Shown piece by piece: positions 1 to 11,324 of a DNA stretch of 64,000 bases. The stretch is taken from NCBI GenBank assembly GCA_963827165.1, contig CAWGZR010000005.1, positions 288,001-352,000 on the forward strand, written 5' to 3'. Under the pieces are notes generated by a model. It saw only the letters and a list, made by a program, of their open reading frames with translations, ran no database searches and had not been told where the DNA came from. Position 1 is the first letter of the stretch. Every line of letters begins with the position of its first letter. The position numbers were made by a program, and so were the translations under genes. The stretch comes from Candidatus Bathyarchaeota archaeon. GTDB taxonomy: Archaea; Thermoproteota; Bathyarchaeia; Bathyarchaeales; Bathycorpusculaceae.

Positions 1-70
1 CCGACCCAGATCCTTGGGTGAAAGAGGTTCTTGAACTTTACAACAGCGTTTCCGGAGGCTTGGACCGCAA

Positions 71-1279
71 ATGAAAGATGACTTATCGGTTATGATGCTT
101 AGTTGGGAGTTTCCCCCAAGGGTCATCGGAGGGATTTCACCTCATGTTTACTTCTTGTCAAAGAACCTTGCGAAGCAGGGAGTAAAAGTCTACGTGGTAA
201 CGTGCGATTTTCCTGATGCACCGACGCATGAAGTGATTGACGACGTGGAAGTTTACCGAATTGACTCATACAAGAATCCATCGCCTGACTTTGCCACTTG
301 GGTCTATCTGATGAACCTTAACATGCAAAAAGAAACAGCGGCCTTAACAAAGAAGATCGGTGGACAAATCGATGTTTTCCATGCTCATGATTGGCTTGTG
401 GCTAACGCGGGAATAGGGCTTAAACATGTTTTCCGAAAACCGCTTCTAGTAACTATGCATTCAACCGAGATGGGTAGACGAGACGGGTTACACAGCAACA
501 CAGAAAAAATGATTCATGAAACAGAAGCATGGCTGACCTATGAAGCGTGGAAGGTTGTGTGCTGTAGCGAATACATGATTTCACATGTCAAATGGGCTTT
601 TGGGCTTCCAAACGACAAACTGGTAATGGTTCCAAACGGAGTAAACACCCAGAACTACAAAAACGGCGCCGGTGTTGACTTGAAAGATTTCAGGAACAAA
701 TTCGCTTTACCTGAAGAAAAAATAGTACTTTTCGTCGGCAGATTAGTCTACGAAAAAGGCATACACATTTTGATCAATGCGGTTCCAAAAATTCTGGCTA
801 AAGTCAATGCGAAATTCATAATCGTTGGCAGCGGCTACATGAAAGAGCAACTCCTGAACATAGTGCGAAGCATGGGGCTTGAGCATAAAGTTCTCTTTGA
901 AGGCTTTCTAGATGAGCAAACCTTGTTAAAACTTCAACAGTGCGCTGATGTTTCCGTAGTACCTTCGCTTTTTGAACCCTTCGGCATCGTAGCCTTGGAA
1001 GCTATGGCGGCGAAAAGCCCAGTTGTGGCGTCTGATACTGGGGGCTTATCTGAAATCATTGAACATGACGTTACAGGAGTTAAGGTTTACCCGAACAACC
1101 CTGACTCGTTAGCCTGGGGAATAAACAAAGTACTTCTTGATAATACCTATAGTCAACGCCTCAAAGAAAACGCTTACAAGAGGGTTCTGGAAAGGTACGA
1201 CTGGGGAAAAATTGCGGAGCAAACCCAGAGCCTGTACGAGGGCGTTTTAGGTGAGTACTCCAAGAGTTTCTGGGCCTAA
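71..1279 (+). CDS. GT4 family glycosyltransferase (glycogen synthase/RfaG-like)
   Basis: N-terminal WEFPP..GG, HAHDW, C-terminal EPFGIVALEAMA GT-B motif. Confidence 0.9.
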   Translation: MKDDLSVMMLSWEFPPRVIGGISPHVYFLSKNLAKQGVKVYVVTCDFPDAPTHEVIDDVEVYRIDSYKNPSPDFATWVYLMNLNMQKETAALTKKIGGQIDVFHAHDWLVANAGIGLKHVFRKPLLVTMHSTEMGRRDGLHSNTEKMIHETEAWLTYEAWKVVCCSEYMISHVKWAFGLPNDKLVMVPNGVNTQNYKNGAGVDLKDFRNKFALPEEKIVLFVGRLVYEKGIHILINAVPKILAKVNAKFIIVGSGYMKEQLLNIVRSMGLEHKVLFEGFLDEQTLLKLQQCADVSVVPSLFEPFGIVALEAMAAKSPVVASDTGGLSEIIEHDVTGVKVYPNNPDSLAWGINKVLLDNTYSQRLKENAYKRVLERYDWGKIAEQTQSLYEGVLGEYSKSFWA

Positions 1280-1281
1280 AG

Positions 1282-2655
1282 CTACTTGCCAATAACCTTG
1301 ACGTTTTCAACTTGAATCCATGGAGAAATCAACTGCCCCATCTGCCGCTCGTTGCTTCCGACTAAACTTACGTTTTTAAGCACTTCAAAAATGTTGCCTG
1401 CCAACATAACCCCTCTACTGCAATGGGTTATTTCGCCTTTCTTTATTTTCCAAGCAGGCGTTGCAACGACCGAGAATTCCCCGCTCACCGGGTTGCTACT
1501 GTGCGCACCTTGCAAGTAATATACAATTAATCCATCATCAACTTCTTTCAGCATTTCATCGCCAGTCTTGTTTCCCGGCAGCAGATGGAAGTTCGTGGTG
1601 TCTATGCTAGGAGTCGATAGGTACCCGCCTCTCCCAGCATTCCCAGTGCTTTCTTTTCCTTCCTTTTTCGCTGAATAATTATCATACAGGAAATTACGCA
1701 AGATGCCTTTCTCGATGACAGCTGTTTTCTGGTGAGGCACTCCCTCACCGTCGAAAGCCCAAGTGCGAAGCCCTCCTGGGAAGAGACCGTCATCGTAAAT
1801 TGTGAGGTTTTCAGAGGCCACTTTTTCTCCGATTTTCCCCTTAAAAGGCGACTGATTCCTCTGCACACTATCAGCCCTAACAGCGTTTATCAGGGTATAC
1901 GCAAAAAGATCCTGTAACGCGAATTGGGTAAGTATAAGAGTGGTGGATTTGGTTTCAACTGACTTGGTTTTCAATGCTGAAACAGCAAGTTTCGCTGCTT
2001 CCTTACCGACCCAAACGGGATCAATCTCGTAGGTTCTTGAAGCGTTAAATTCAAAACAGACGGGCGTGACTAGGTTGCCTTCTTTAGCCAAGGTTGCGAT
2101 GCTGCATTCAACCACCGTTCCCTTGTCGAAACCGGAGATTCCGTTTGAGTTGGCGATTGCGTTAGAAATGTAGGCGCAACCTATTCCGCCCTCAATTGGG
2201 AAGACGCGTTTATCAACTTGACTAGCTGCCTCCAGCATGGTGGAAGCCACATCAACCAATTCCTCGGACTCAAGTTCAACAACTTTGTCGTCGAACGTTT
2301 TTTCCAGCTTAGCGTAAGGCTTCTTTGGTGGCAGTCCCTTCCAGTCAGGGTCGGGTTGGCTTGCTTTTGCAGAGCTCAAAGCACTGTCGATTACATTGTC
2401 AATTGCTGTGGTTTCGTCGATGACGTTCGTGTAAGCGAAACCTACGGCTTTATTGACGGCTACCCGAATGCCTAAGCCTCGATCAATTATCCTGTTTGTT
2501 TTGCTGATTTGGCCTAGTTCAATGCCGATGTTTGTTGCTTGCCCCTCATATGTGTAAGCTTCTGCTTGCATAGCGCCTTTATTCAAAGCTTTGCTTACGG
2601 CGTTTTCCGCTAAACTTACCATTACGTCTTTTTTAAGAACTGCCACCGACAACAA
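1282..2655 (-). CDS. tldE: TldE/PmbA family protein (true start may be a few codons downstream)
   Basis: FDGEG motif, [16 protein letters not shown]; lacks HExxxH; adjacent to tldD. Confidence 0.88.
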   Translation of the reverse strand: MLSVAVLKKDVMVSLAENAVSKALNKGAMQAEAYTYEGQATNIGIELGQISKTNRIIDRGLGIRVAVNKAVGFAYTNVIDETTAIDNVIDSALSSAKASQPDPDWKGLPPKKPYAKLEKTFDDKVVELESEELVDVASTMLEAASQVDKRVFPIEGGIGCAYISNAIANSNGISGFDKGTVVECSIATLAKEGNLVTPVCFEFNASRTYEIDPVWVGKEAAKLAVSALKTKSVETKSTTLILTQFALQDLFAYTLINAVRADSVQRNQSPFKGKIGEKVASENLTIYDDGLFPGGLRTWAFDGEGVPHQKTAVIEKGILRNFLYDNYSAKKEGKESTGNAGRGGYLSTPSIDTTNFHLLPGNKTGDEMLKEVDDGLIVYYLQGAHSSNPVSGEFSVVATPAWKIKKGEITHCSRGVMLAGNIFEVLKNVSLVGSNERQMGQLISPWIQVENVKVIGK

Positions 2656-4018
2656 CCTCTTTTAATCTTATGTGCGGTCCACCATCACAGATAAAAGCTG
2701 TTTGACCTTTACCACACCTGCCTGGATCTAAAAGAAAATCTTTTCCAACGCCATCAACCTCATTCAAGGTTTCAAGTGTGTTACCGCTTATTGACGCATC
2801 ACGCACAAGCGCGCCCACTTCCCCGTTGACTATTTCGTAACCCTCTTGGATGCCAACTTGAAAAGTGCCGTCAAGGTTCGCCTGTCCGCCTCTGAAACTC
2901 TTGAAGTAATACCCTTGTTTGACGCCTTCAACTAGCTCTTCAAACAATTGGTCTCTTGGCTGCATGTAGGTACATCGCATGCGAATTATTGGTTCCACCC
3001 TGAAATCTTCAGCCCTTGCGTTGCCCGTGGGTTTGGCACCGAATTTTTGGGCGGTCTCACGGTTATGCATCAAACCCGTGACGACGCCGTCTTTTATAAG
3101 CAATGTTTTCTGGGTTTGAACCCCTTCATCGTCGTATTTGAATGCGCCAAAAGAGCCTTCGACTGTGCCGTCATCGTAAAACGTGACGAGATCAGATCCT
3201 ATTTTCTTTCCCAAGTTATCTGCTAAGACGCCGCCTGAAAGAGCCAAGTCAGCTTCAGCTAGGTGCCCAAACGCTTCATGAACGAAAACTCCCACAACGT
3301 TCGGACCCAAAACAACAGGAAACTTTCCTCCCTTCAGCGACTTAGCTAATAGCTGTTCAATCGCTCGTTTGGCGACTTTTTCGCCTATTTCCTCAGGAGG
3401 CTGCTGATCAAAGACTTCGTAGCCTGCGGTTGAGCCTAATTCTTCTCGGCTAAAAGTGAAGACCCCTTCGTCTAAGGCCGAACCTGCGACTCTTGCCCAG
3501 ACATACAGCTTATCCTGTTCAATGCTTGAGCCCTCGCTGTTAACAAAATAGCTTGTGCCCGTTAAATCCATATAATCGATCGTGAAACTTTTTATTCGCT
3601 TGTCGTAGCTTAAACCTGTCTTGTTAACGGTCATGGCAGTTTTGATTTTGTCTTCCATCTGAATGTCCGTCGGGTTCTTTTTCGGTTTCGACCTCACGAT
3701 ATCGGTAACAACTTTAGCTTCGACAAGCTTAATCGGCGTTTTAATATGTAAACTCGCCATCTTCGCCATCTTACAGGCATCTGAAACAGCGCTCTCCAAA
3801 ATGATGTCATCCAAAGATCCAACCGAAGCGAACCCCCACGCGCCGTTTACAAGCACACGTAATGCTACGCCGCTTTCAATGCCCTGTTTTGCTGCCTCAA
3901 CCCGCTCTTCTTTGAGAGTTAGCATTGTTTTGTTAATTTTTTGTGCTCGGGCTTCAGCGTATTGTGCTCCGAACTTTTGGGTTGCGACATTGTTGATTTT
4001 GGTTAGAAGATCTTTCAA
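2633..4018 (-). CDS. tldD: TldD family metalloprotease
   Basis: HEAFGH zinc motif, YDDEG, GNARA, C-terminal CGKGQ...GGPH. Confidence 0.92.
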   Translation of the reverse strand: MKDLLTKINNVATQKFGAQYAEARAQKINKTMLTLKEERVEAAKQGIESGVALRVLVNGAWGFASVGSLDDIILESAVSDACKMAKMASLHIKTPIKLVEAKVVTDIVRSKPKKNPTDIQMEDKIKTAMTVNKTGLSYDKRIKSFTIDYMDLTGTSYFVNSEGSSIEQDKLYVWARVAGSALDEGVFTFSREELGSTAGYEVFDQQPPEEIGEKVAKRAIEQLLAKSLKGGKFPVVLGPNVVGVFVHEAFGHLAEADLALSGGVLADNLGKKIGSDLVTFYDDGTVEGSFGAFKYDDEGVQTQKTLLIKDGVVTGLMHNRETAQKFGAKPTGNARAEDFRVEPIIRMRCTYMQPRDQLFEELVEGVKQGYYFKSFRGGQANLDGTFQVGIQEGYEIVNGEVGALVRDASISGNTLETLNEVDGVGKDFLLDPGRCGKGQTAFICDGGPHIRLKEVVVGGSS

Positions 4019-4117
4019 AGTTATCTGTCCTTTGTAAAGTGGGATGTTTATCTAGGATTATTTTGTAGGACTTAAACCGTTTTGTCTCTATCTTTCATCT
4101 GTTAGATCTTGTGTGTT

Positions 4118-5446
4118 TTACCAGAAATCAGACATGTTTAGCTGCTTGATTATAGCTATAGGCGGTTTCGGCTTAGCCTTCGGGGCGTCGACGTCAAGGA
4201 CAAGTTGGCCGTAGACCCCGTCAAATCCCGGAGTAACCTTTGCTTCGCCGTTCCTGACTTTGACTACGGCTTGGGCTATATGTATATCCACCAGCTTTGC
4301 CATGTCTTCCAGTGGAGCATCTATTAGAGTTGTGTACTCGTCGCCGAATTTTTCAGTTAACAGATTATAGTTTTTCCAGACTGCTTGGGTAGAGGGAGAG
4401 TCTGTGCCTATCACCGCAGCAATTATTTCGGAGAGCGGGAGCAAACGCATAAAGCCCGGAACGTCTTTTCGTTTGAATTCGGCGGGTCTATCCGCAAGTT
4501 CTTCAACTCGCTGCTCGACGCCCTTTGTGAGTTTTCGGCGGCATACTGGGCAGATGTTGCCGAACTTCATGGCTTCGCTTGGTGACATGGATACATTACA
4601 GTTGCGATGACCTGTCCAATGATATTTGCCGTAAGCTGGGTCAACTTCTATTGTAAACTTGAATCGTGCAGGGTCATTTTTGATTATGGCATCTGTGAGT
4701 TGTTGATAGCTGAATTTTTCAAGTTCGAACACGTTGGCTTCTCTTCCGATTCGCCATGGCCAGAAACTGTGGCAGTCGCTGTTTGAAACCAAAGCGTACT
4801 TGTCAAGGCTGCTGATGCGCCAATTCATCGGAGGATCGCTGCTGAGTCCTGTCTCCAAGGCGTGAATGTGGCGTGTCATATCTTGATAGCAGTCTTCAAC
4901 CGTGTCGAAACCGCTGAAGGCGCCGAAGATACTGAACCAGGGGGTCCAAGCATGCGCAGGAAAAACCATGTTCTCGTTTGAGACGGCCATGATTTCTTCA
5001 ACAAGCTGCGGTGCGGAAACATCCAAGATTGGTCTGCCGTCCGAGGCTAAATCGCCAAACTTTTTTAGGCGATCATTGATTTGATTTGCTGTCTCCAGGC
5101 TCGGCGTCAAAATGACGTGGTGTACTTTTTTGGATTCCCCTTTGTAATCGAATATCGTGCAGACCTCGGTTGTAAGCATGAATCGAACAGACGAATCGAG
5201 GTTGCCCGCGAGCTTGAATAAGCTTGTGTCGGGTTCTTGCATGAGGGTTTCGCTGATTTCTTTGAGCCACTGTGGGTGAGTGAAGTCTCCTGTGCCCACC
5301 AGGTTTAACCCTTTTATTTTTGAATAACGCGCGATTTCTTTTATGCTCATTTGTTCGCTTGTTGCCCTGCTGAATCGACCGTGGATATGCAAGTCAGCTA
5401 TAACTCTCAATGTTAGCGCCCAATCTCTAACTTGAACTTTAACCAT
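4118..5446 (-). CDS. Endonuclease Q family protein (PHP domain plus Zn finger)
   Basis: DLHIHGRFS, GTGDFTHP, PAHAWTPW, ETGLSSD, SNSDCHS, GKYH..GHRNC, CPVC..LTKGV. Confidence 0.88.
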   Translation of the reverse strand: MVKVQVRDWALTLRVIADLHIHGRFSRATSEQMSIKEIARYSKIKGLNLVGTGDFTHPQWLKEISETLMQEPDTSLFKLAGNLDSSVRFMLTTEVCTIFDYKGESKKVHHVILTPSLETANQINDRLKKFGDLASDGRPILDVSAPQLVEEIMAVSNENMVFPAHAWTPWFSIFGAFSGFDTVEDCYQDMTRHIHALETGLSSDPPMNWRISSLDKYALVSNSDCHSFWPWRIGREANVFELEKFSYQQLTDAIIKNDPARFKFTIEVDPAYGKYHWTGHRNCNVSMSPSEAMKFGNICPVCRRKLTKGVEQRVEELADRPAEFKRKDVPGFMRLLPLSEIIAAVIGTDSPSTQAVWKNYNLLTEKFGDEYTTLIDAPLEDMAKLVDIHIAQAVVKVRNGEAKVTPGFDGVYGQLVLDVDAPKAKPKPPIAIIKQLNMSDFW

Positions 5447-5496
5447 TTTAAGGCTTCGCTAAAACAATGGGAAAACTGGGAGAGGGTAGCGAAATC

Positions 5497-6072
5497 TTAC
5501 TGCGACTTGCAGTTTAGCTGATTAGTCCATGCGATCAATGCTTCAATCAGCTGCTTAATTAGTAGCCTTGTTTCTTGATTGGTTAGCTTGCCGCTAGCAT
5601 CCACATTCTCGGGAGCTGAAGAAAGCATGACTTCTGGCTGGTTACATGGCAGCATATTAACTCTAACAAACGATTGGCGAAGGTGATACTGCGCCCTCGC
5701 TCCTCCAAACCTTCCAGTTGACGCGCTCATTATGGCTACGGGTTTATTGGCTAACGCGTTGTCTCGGTATGGTCTGGAAGCCCAATCCATCGCATTTTTT
5801 AGAACGCCCGGGATTGAGTAGTTGTATTCGGGTGTTGCGATTAAGAGGGCGTCTGCATTCCTGATTTTCTCTTTGTACTCTTTTACTCTTTGGGGCAGAA
5901 TGTTTTCAAGGTCTTGGTTGAAGAGTGGTATGCCTTCTAAATCGAAAACTTCTATCGTAATGTTTTCAGGTGCCTCTTCAACTGCTGCCCGGACCAAAGC
6001 TTTATTGTATGAGGCTTTTCTTAGGCTCCCTGCGAAAGCGAGAATTTTGAATTGTTTCTGCGTGAAAATCAC
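5497..6072 (-). CDS. NAD(P)H-dependent FMN reductase (ChrR/SsuE-like)
   Basis: GSLRKASYN, TPEYNYSIPGVLKNAMDW, GRFGGARAQ. Confidence 0.92.
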   Translation of the reverse strand: MIFTQKQFKILAFAGSLRKASYNKALVRAAVEEAPENITIEVFDLEGIPLFNQDLENILPQRVKEYKEKIRNADALLIATPEYNYSIPGVLKNAMDWASRPYRDNALANKPVAIMSASTGRFGGARAQYHLRQSFVRVNMLPCNQPEVMLSSAPENVDASGKLTNQETRLLIKQLIEALIAWTNQLNCKSQ

Positions 6073-6516
6073 CTGTGAAAGATGTCAATGGAAGCAAGCG
6101 GCTGACGGGATTTAAGGCTTTCCAGTTTACGCTTTTTTTATTGCTCACGATCTTTTTGATCTATTATTTGTGAGGTTTTCGGTAGTAAATTTGGGTGCCT
6201 CTGTCTGGTTGATGGCCTCACTTAGGGCTTGTTCTAAGTAGATTTTTTTTTTTGATTTGAGGGCTCGGAAAGCGATTTGCCGGCGGAGAAACCTTTGGAG
6301 AAAATCCAGGGAAACGACTTTGAGGGAGCTTATTCGTGGCATATAGTTGATTCAAATTGGCAATAAACAGTGCGTCATGCAGCTGCATGCACGAAGCGGC
6401 TCTTGGCCACTAAGGCTTATCAGATATTTTTCTCAGAATAGAAACTTCTGAAAAAGATAGTTGGCAATAAACATAATAACATTCTCAACATCTACCTCAA
6501 TAAGGAAGGTACCATA

Positions 6517-6978
6517 ATGCCAACAAAAGTTCTGCTCCAAACAAATATGGGCGATATAACAATAGAACTAAGAAATGATATGCCAATAACCACTGGCAAC
6601 TTCACAAACCTGGTTCAAAAAGGAACATACAACAACACAATCTTCCATCGAATCATCAAGGGATTCATGATTCAAGGCGGCGACCCAACTGGAACCGGAT
6701 ACGGGGACCCATCGATACCCGACATTAAAGATGAATTCACAGCCAACAACCGCAATGACAGAGGCACCATATCTATGGCGAACGCAGGTCCTAACACGGG
6801 CAGCAGCCAATTCTTCATCAATCTAGTGAACAACAATTTCCTAGACCTCAAGCATCCGGCATTCGGCAAAGTCATATCGGGCATGGATGTGGTTGACAAA
6901 ATTGCAGCAGCAAAAACAGACTCAAACGATAGGCCTCGACAAAACGTAACGATAATTACCGCATCAGTCTTATCCTAA
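6517..6978 (+). CDS. Cyclophilin-type peptidyl-prolyl cis-trans isomerase
   Basis: FHRIIKGFMIQGGDP, SMANAGPNTGSSQFFIN, HPAFGKV; AAGGAAGG upstream. Confidence 0.95.
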   Translation: MPTKVLLQTNMGDITIELRNDMPITTGNFTNLVQKGTYNNTIFHRIIKGFMIQGGDPTGTGYGDPSIPDIKDEFTANNRNDRGTISMANAGPNTGSSQFFINLVNNNFLDLKHPAFGKVISGMDVVDKIAAAKTDSNDRPRQNVTIITASVLS

Positions 6979-7056
6979 ACGCTCAACGCTTTTTCCAAAC
7001 AAAAACACAAGGAAAAAGGCATGCGCTACTTGTACCAAAAATAAAAAGTTGGAAAG

Positions 7057-7260
7057 CTATTTCTTCTTCTCTTCTTTCTCTTTCGGTTTCGAACCGATCT
7101 CTACCAGTTGAATGTTAACCTGATAGTTCTTGTCGCCGACCTGCATCTTGCCTTGGCCATAAAAACCTCGGCTTCCCGTGCTGAAGTTTTTCGGATTTAT
7201 GATAAATGGCTGCTTAGTTCCGTTTAGCTGAATAGTCGCCATATTTGGTTGATCACTCAT
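7057..7260 (-). CDS. Small conserved-looking hypothetical protein
   Basis: 67 aa ORF with AGGTGA RBS upstream; FSTGSRGFYGQGK motif; basic tail. Confidence 0.65.
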   Translation of the reverse strand: MSDQPNMATIQLNGTKQPFIINPKNFSTGSRGFYGQGKMQVGDKNYQVNIQLVEIGSKPKEKEEKKK

Positions 7261-7415
7261 TCATCGTCACCTTTGCTCTGGATTATTGTAACTGTGACTT
7301 TTCACCTTTTCGCTTCAATTTGCCTACAAGCATTCAAGCAATTATGCGCTTTGTCTGAAGCAATTAACTAACTACGCATGCATCAAACTGTTTACTTGTT
7401 TACTATATTAGTTTC

Positions 7416-8288
7416 TTATTGGCCAAAGAATGCTCCTAGCTCGGATTGTTTTCCGGTGTTTTTGGTCCTCGTTTTCTTTTGCGCCTCAGTTGTTAACCCC
7501 AGTTTTTCGATAAGTTGGAGACAGTTTTCCGGGGCATAACCGTGATAGTGATTGTTGAAGTAGCCGTAGACTTTTTTGACTTTGCTTGAGGTTTCCTGCA
7601 CTTTTGGAGCCCAAGCATCCAGTTCTTCTTCGCTGTACTTGTAGTCGAACCAAATGTCGTCGCCTTTACCATGCCACCTGAAATAAGCGAAATCAGTGGT
7701 CAAATGGATTTCTGGCGGAAGGAGCGGTTCATCGACAATTGTGTAGGCTACCGCATATCTCTCCAAAAGTCTAAAAGTCGCAGTTTCAGGAAGCAACCAA
7801 GTAACATTCCTGAATTCTACAGCGTACCTAAATGTGGGGTCAAGCAGTTTGAAGAAGTCTTCAAGGCTTTGGGGATTATAGGTGTACTTTGGAGGTAACT
7901 GGATGAGTAAACATGCAAGTTTTCCGCCCAACTGCAGAGGTCTCATTAAATCTAGAAACGCATATAGATCTGCTTTGACGTTTTTCTTTAAACCAAGCAT
8001 ATTGTCATGAGTTATCGTTTTAGGTAACTTAGCGGTGAATACAAAGTCGCTGGGTGAATACTTTAGCCACCCCATGACTGTTCCTTTAGAGGGATTACGG
8101 TAGAAGGTTGAATCTATTTCAGCAGTCTTGAAAACTCGTGAGTAAGCACGGAGTTTGCTCTGTCCGCTCTTAATCTTGTAGAAGTTTCCTTCCCACTCTT
8201 TGTAGCTCCATCCGCAAGTCCCCAAAACAATGTTATCTTCGCTCAAAGTACACGCCCAACTCTTTAACAACTTCATTGAGGTCAGCAT
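7416..8288 (-). CDS. DUF72 (YecE-like) TIM-barrel protein
   Basis: GTCGWSY..W.G.FY, EIDSTFY, LLIQLPP, EFRN, YFRWHG, YFNNH. Confidence 0.92.
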   Translation of the reverse strand: MLTSMKLLKSWACTLSEDNIVLGTCGWSYKEWEGNFYKIKSGQSKLRAYSRVFKTAEIDSTFYRNPSKGTVMGWLKYSPSDFVFTAKLPKTITHDNMLGLKKNVKADLYAFLDLMRPLQLGGKLACLLIQLPPKYTYNPQSLEDFFKLLDPTFRYAVEFRNVTWLLPETATFRLLERYAVAYTIVDEPLLPPEIHLTTDFAYFRWHGKGDDIWFDYKYSEEELDAWAPKVQETSSKVKKVYGYFNNHYHGYAPENCLQLIEKLGLTTEAQKKTRTKNTGKQSELGAFFGQ

Positions 8289-9144
8289 AGTTTTTGTCTG
8301 GGATGCTGCTTAGGAATTCGGATAAGTGGGCTGTCTTGTTTTGTTTTACGTCGATGACTTTCCATCCTTGCTTTTTGATAAGTTCTGATTTGGAAGATGG
8401 AAAGGTTGCATCTTCAGCTAAAACAGTCTTCGCCGACTCTATACCAACAGAAGAAGTTGCGGGCAAGAACTTTCCTGTAGCCAAATGTTGTTGAAACCTC
8501 AAAGCATCAGAGTTCATTCTCAACCCGTGAAATGCCAGAATTAAAGTCTTTGAACCCGTTTCTTCAGTGCGCTGTTGTATTCCCAGCAGTTCATCGTCGG
8601 TGAATTGGTAGATGTTATGTTCTCCCCTACCGAAAAGCCTCGAATACGTAACATCCAATTTGTAGCGGGGCATTTGCTTAGATAGATCAACACTCTGCAC
8701 TATGTTAAAATCCTGCATTAACTGGATAACGCTTGGGGTTATCGTCGCTCGGTATTCCCAAGCAAGCGTTATCCCTTTCAAATTTAACGAAGAAAAAAAA
8801 CCTCTTGTTTCGCTGTCTATTACATAGCCTGCGGGTGTTTCGAGCACCAAATAGGGGGTTTGGAGGATTTCGGTATATTGCTTCATTTTGTAAAATACTT
8901 CGTAGGCTTCGTCGGTTGGTCTTAAACCTATTTTATGAGTTAGATCTTGGTGGCATCGAACTGAAAAAGTAAAGTCTTTTGGTACAGTTCTTCTCCATCT
9001 TTCAACGGTTTGAATCAAGGGGTACTGGTAGAAGGTGTTGTTGACTTCAACAAAATTAAATATTTCACTATAGGTTTTCAATCGGGGCTTATTTGCAACA
9101 TTAAAATAACCCCATCCACCTGTTCCCACAAGATAATCAGTCAA
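8233..9144 (-). CDS. Divergent DUF72 protein with small C-terminal helical (DUF2795-like) extension
   Basis: GTGGWGY, VEVNNTFY, YSRLFG; tail FPSSKSELI...IPDKNYADLNEV. Confidence 0.8.
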   Translation of the reverse strand: MTDYLVGTGGWGYFNVANKPRLKTYSEIFNFVEVNNTFYQYPLIQTVERWRRTVPKDFTFSVRCHQDLTHKIGLRPTDEAYEVFYKMKQYTEILQTPYLVLETPAGYVIDSETRGFFSSLNLKGITLAWEYRATITPSVIQLMQDFNIVQSVDLSKQMPRYKLDVTYSRLFGRGEHNIYQFTDDELLGIQQRTEETGSKTLILAFHGLRMNSDALRFQQHLATGKFLPATSSVGIESAKTVLAEDATFPSSKSELIKKQGWKVIDVKQNKTAHLSEFLSSIPDKNYADLNEVVKELGVYFERR

Positions 9145-9211
9145 TAATTATCCTCAAAAAGATATTGAGGTCTAATTATAATAACATTTAACGAACGATT
9201 ATTTGCCCCTA

Positions 9212-10141
9212 TTATTTAAGAATCCAGGGGTAACTTCGACTTACCGTCTCAACCACCGATTGAGGGGCAACTATACCTTCTTCGCAGATTATCCCATGAA
9301 TGAACCGGCTTGGAGTAACGTCGAAAGCTGGGTTCCTAACAGACAATTTCTCAGGGGCTTCACTCCAAACTTCAAGGGGACTTCGCTGCTCAATCCGCTC
9401 GTACGCCCCGAAGAGTGTTTCTGGGTCGAACTTTAGCAATTCCGAAACCACGTAAAACGGTTTTCTCGCTTCTTGCGCCAACACAGCTATGCTGCTGGTG
9501 CCAATCTTATTGACCACGTCGCCCTCGGAAGTTATGGCGTCAGCACCAACAGCTATGAGGTCGACGTCTCCCATGTAGGACCGCGCGGCTGAATCCACGA
9601 TAAACATGGTTTGAACGCCAAGCTCAACCATTTCCCGAGCCGTTATCCTTCCTTGGTATGCAGGTCGGGTTTCTGTGCAGATTACGCTGAATTCTTTGCC
9701 GTCTGCCTTGGCTTTGGCAATCATGCGAGTCACCGTTGATGAGTGGCAATGGGTAAAAACTAGCATGCCGTCGCAGATGCGTTTGGCACCTATTTCCGCT
9801 GTTCGCTCTCGGGAAGCCTCAAGATTCTGCAAAAACAAACCGACGTTTGACGTAACCAACTCGCGCAGGGCATCGACTTTTTCGGTGCTGCTATTTTGGG
9901 CTTGCAAGATGACGTATCGGAGGGCGTTTCTCATCAGTGGCTCAGTTTCTCTTGAAGCGGAAAGGATAGCTTGGGCTTCTTTGAGCTCAATTAAAAAGTC
10001 GCCTCTGTTTCTTGTCTGTGTGTTTTCCGCAAGCGCTTGGACGGCTTTAAGGGCCGCTATGGCAACGTTTCGTGCTCCTTGAACTTCAAGTCGCGTTATT
10101 CTTTCAGCCGCCATTTGGACTGTTTCACTCATTATTTTCAA
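9212..10141 (-). CDS. eIF-2B alpha/beta/delta family, probable ribose-1,5-bisphosphate isomerase
   Basis: THCHSSTV, TETRP..QG, GADAI...VVNKIGT, NPAFDVTP. Confidence 0.85.
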   Translation of the reverse strand: MKIMSETVQMAAERITRLEVQGARNVAIAALKAVQALAENTQTRNRGDFLIELKEAQAILSASRETEPLMRNALRYVILQAQNSSTEKVDALRELVTSNVGLFLQNLEASRERTAEIGAKRICDGMLVFTHCHSSTVTRMIAKAKADGKEFSVICTETRPAYQGRITAREMVELGVQTMFIVDSAARSYMGDVDLIAVGADAITSEGDVVNKIGTSSIAVLAQEARKPFYVVSELLKFDPETLFGAYERIEQRSPLEVWSEAPEKLSVRNPAFDVTPSRFIHGIICEEGIVAPQSVVETVSRSYPWILK

Positions 10142-10258
10142 ATCCTAACTTAGTTTCTGCTTGATTTATTATTTCGGAGAGAAGCATATAAGCAAATCAG
10201 CAAACTTTTGCATCGCCAATAGTTACCAAGTGTTTGGTCGCTGAAAGGATTTGACGCT

Positions 10259-10696
10259 TCAGATCATGGGTGTTGTCTTTTTCTCGATCTGCTCCCCTAA
10301 CGGGCTGACTGTGACGCGTTTTCTTCCAGAGAGCGCATAGTAGACTACGCCGAGGATGAGGATTATGCCGATTGCAAGCAGCGCTATGGCCACTAACTCG
10401 CCTGCACCTAAAGATGGATTGGTTATTTCGAGTGCCGCTGAAACTCCGAATGTAACTAAGATTAACCCGCTAACTAGATATTTGATAAATCCGTTGTCAG
10501 GTTTGCCGTGCTTTTTAACTTTGAGAGGAGTTTCGGGTTTTTGTTGTTCCACAGTCGGCGTGGGAACCTCTTGGTTTGTCGAAGGGCTAGACATTGGGGG
10601 CGCGGTTGATGCTGCGTCTTTTAGTTGTGCTCCGCAGTCAGGACAGAAAGTCATTTTATCCTCAATTTCGCTGCCGCATTTCAGGCAATAAGGCAT
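10259..10696 (-). CDS. Zinc-ribbon protein with two C-terminal TM helices
   Basis: CxxCG...FCPDCG, Pro-rich linker, hydrophobic C-terminus. Confidence 0.8.
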   Translation of the reverse strand: MPYCLKCGSEIEDKMTFCPDCGAQLKDAASTAPPMSSPSTNQEVPTPTVEQQKPETPLKVKKHGKPDNGFIKYLVSGLILVTFGVSAALEITNPSLGAGELVAIALLAIGIILILGVVYYALSGRKRVTVSPLGEQIEKKTTPMI

Positions 10697-10811
10697 GTTA
10701 ATTCTCCATCGTTAGGGATGTTTTACCCGCTGAAACTATTTAAAAACATTCATTCTTGCCGCCCACAGGGAAACATATATGTGACGAGCGAGCATAGTCG
10801 GTGGGAAACAG

Positions 10812-11324
10812 ATGGGCTTCAAAAGCAAGTTCAACATGCAAACGCTGCCCGAAAAGAAAAAAGAAAACTTGATTTCAGCCCTCTACATAGGTCTTATCTT
10901 AGTTCTTCTCGCAGTAATCTACTTCATCAACCTCCACACAAACCTCTGGAACAACTTCAACCATTTCCTAAACAACTTCATCTTAGCCACCGTTCCAGGC
11001 ACTGGACTGCAGTTGCCCGCTCCAGAAAACCCAGCCGCATACATTGCGCTCTACAACGCCGCGTTCCAATTTTGCCTGGGCTTAGGCATAATTGAAATCG
11101 CGGTTTTGACTCTCAGAGTGTGGGTTTACTCGCCACTTCCAAGAAAAGCGGAAACGATTGAAAACCTTGTTTTCTGGCTCGGAACAAGTTACCTAATACT
11201 GACCTACCTGATTAATATCACAATAATCAGTGAGTGGTTCGTGTTTTGGGCTGGAATAATCTTGATTGGCGGCTTATCACTGGTTGCCAGAGCATTTGTC
11301 CTTAAGGCGACCCGACAGACTTAG
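10812..11324 (+). CDS. Hypothetical membrane protein
   Basis: 170 aa with about 4 hydrophobic helices. Confidence 0.7.
   Translation: MGFKSKFNMQTLPEKKKENLISALYIGLILVLLAVIYFINLHTNLWNNFNHFLNNFILATVPGTGLQLPAPENPAAYIALYNAAFQFCLGLGIIEIAVLTLRVWVYSPLPRKAETIENLVFWLGTSYLILTYLINITIISEWFVFWAGIILIGGLSLVARAFVLKATRQT

Noticed and set aside
6230-6330. Possible sixth array-tail copy on the minus strand (GAGCCC-TCAAAT-CAAAAAAA preceded by loose TTTC repeats); ORF 6145-6342
   Set aside because: Spacing and period do not fit the consensus well; needs a profile search. The ORF has no protein-like features.
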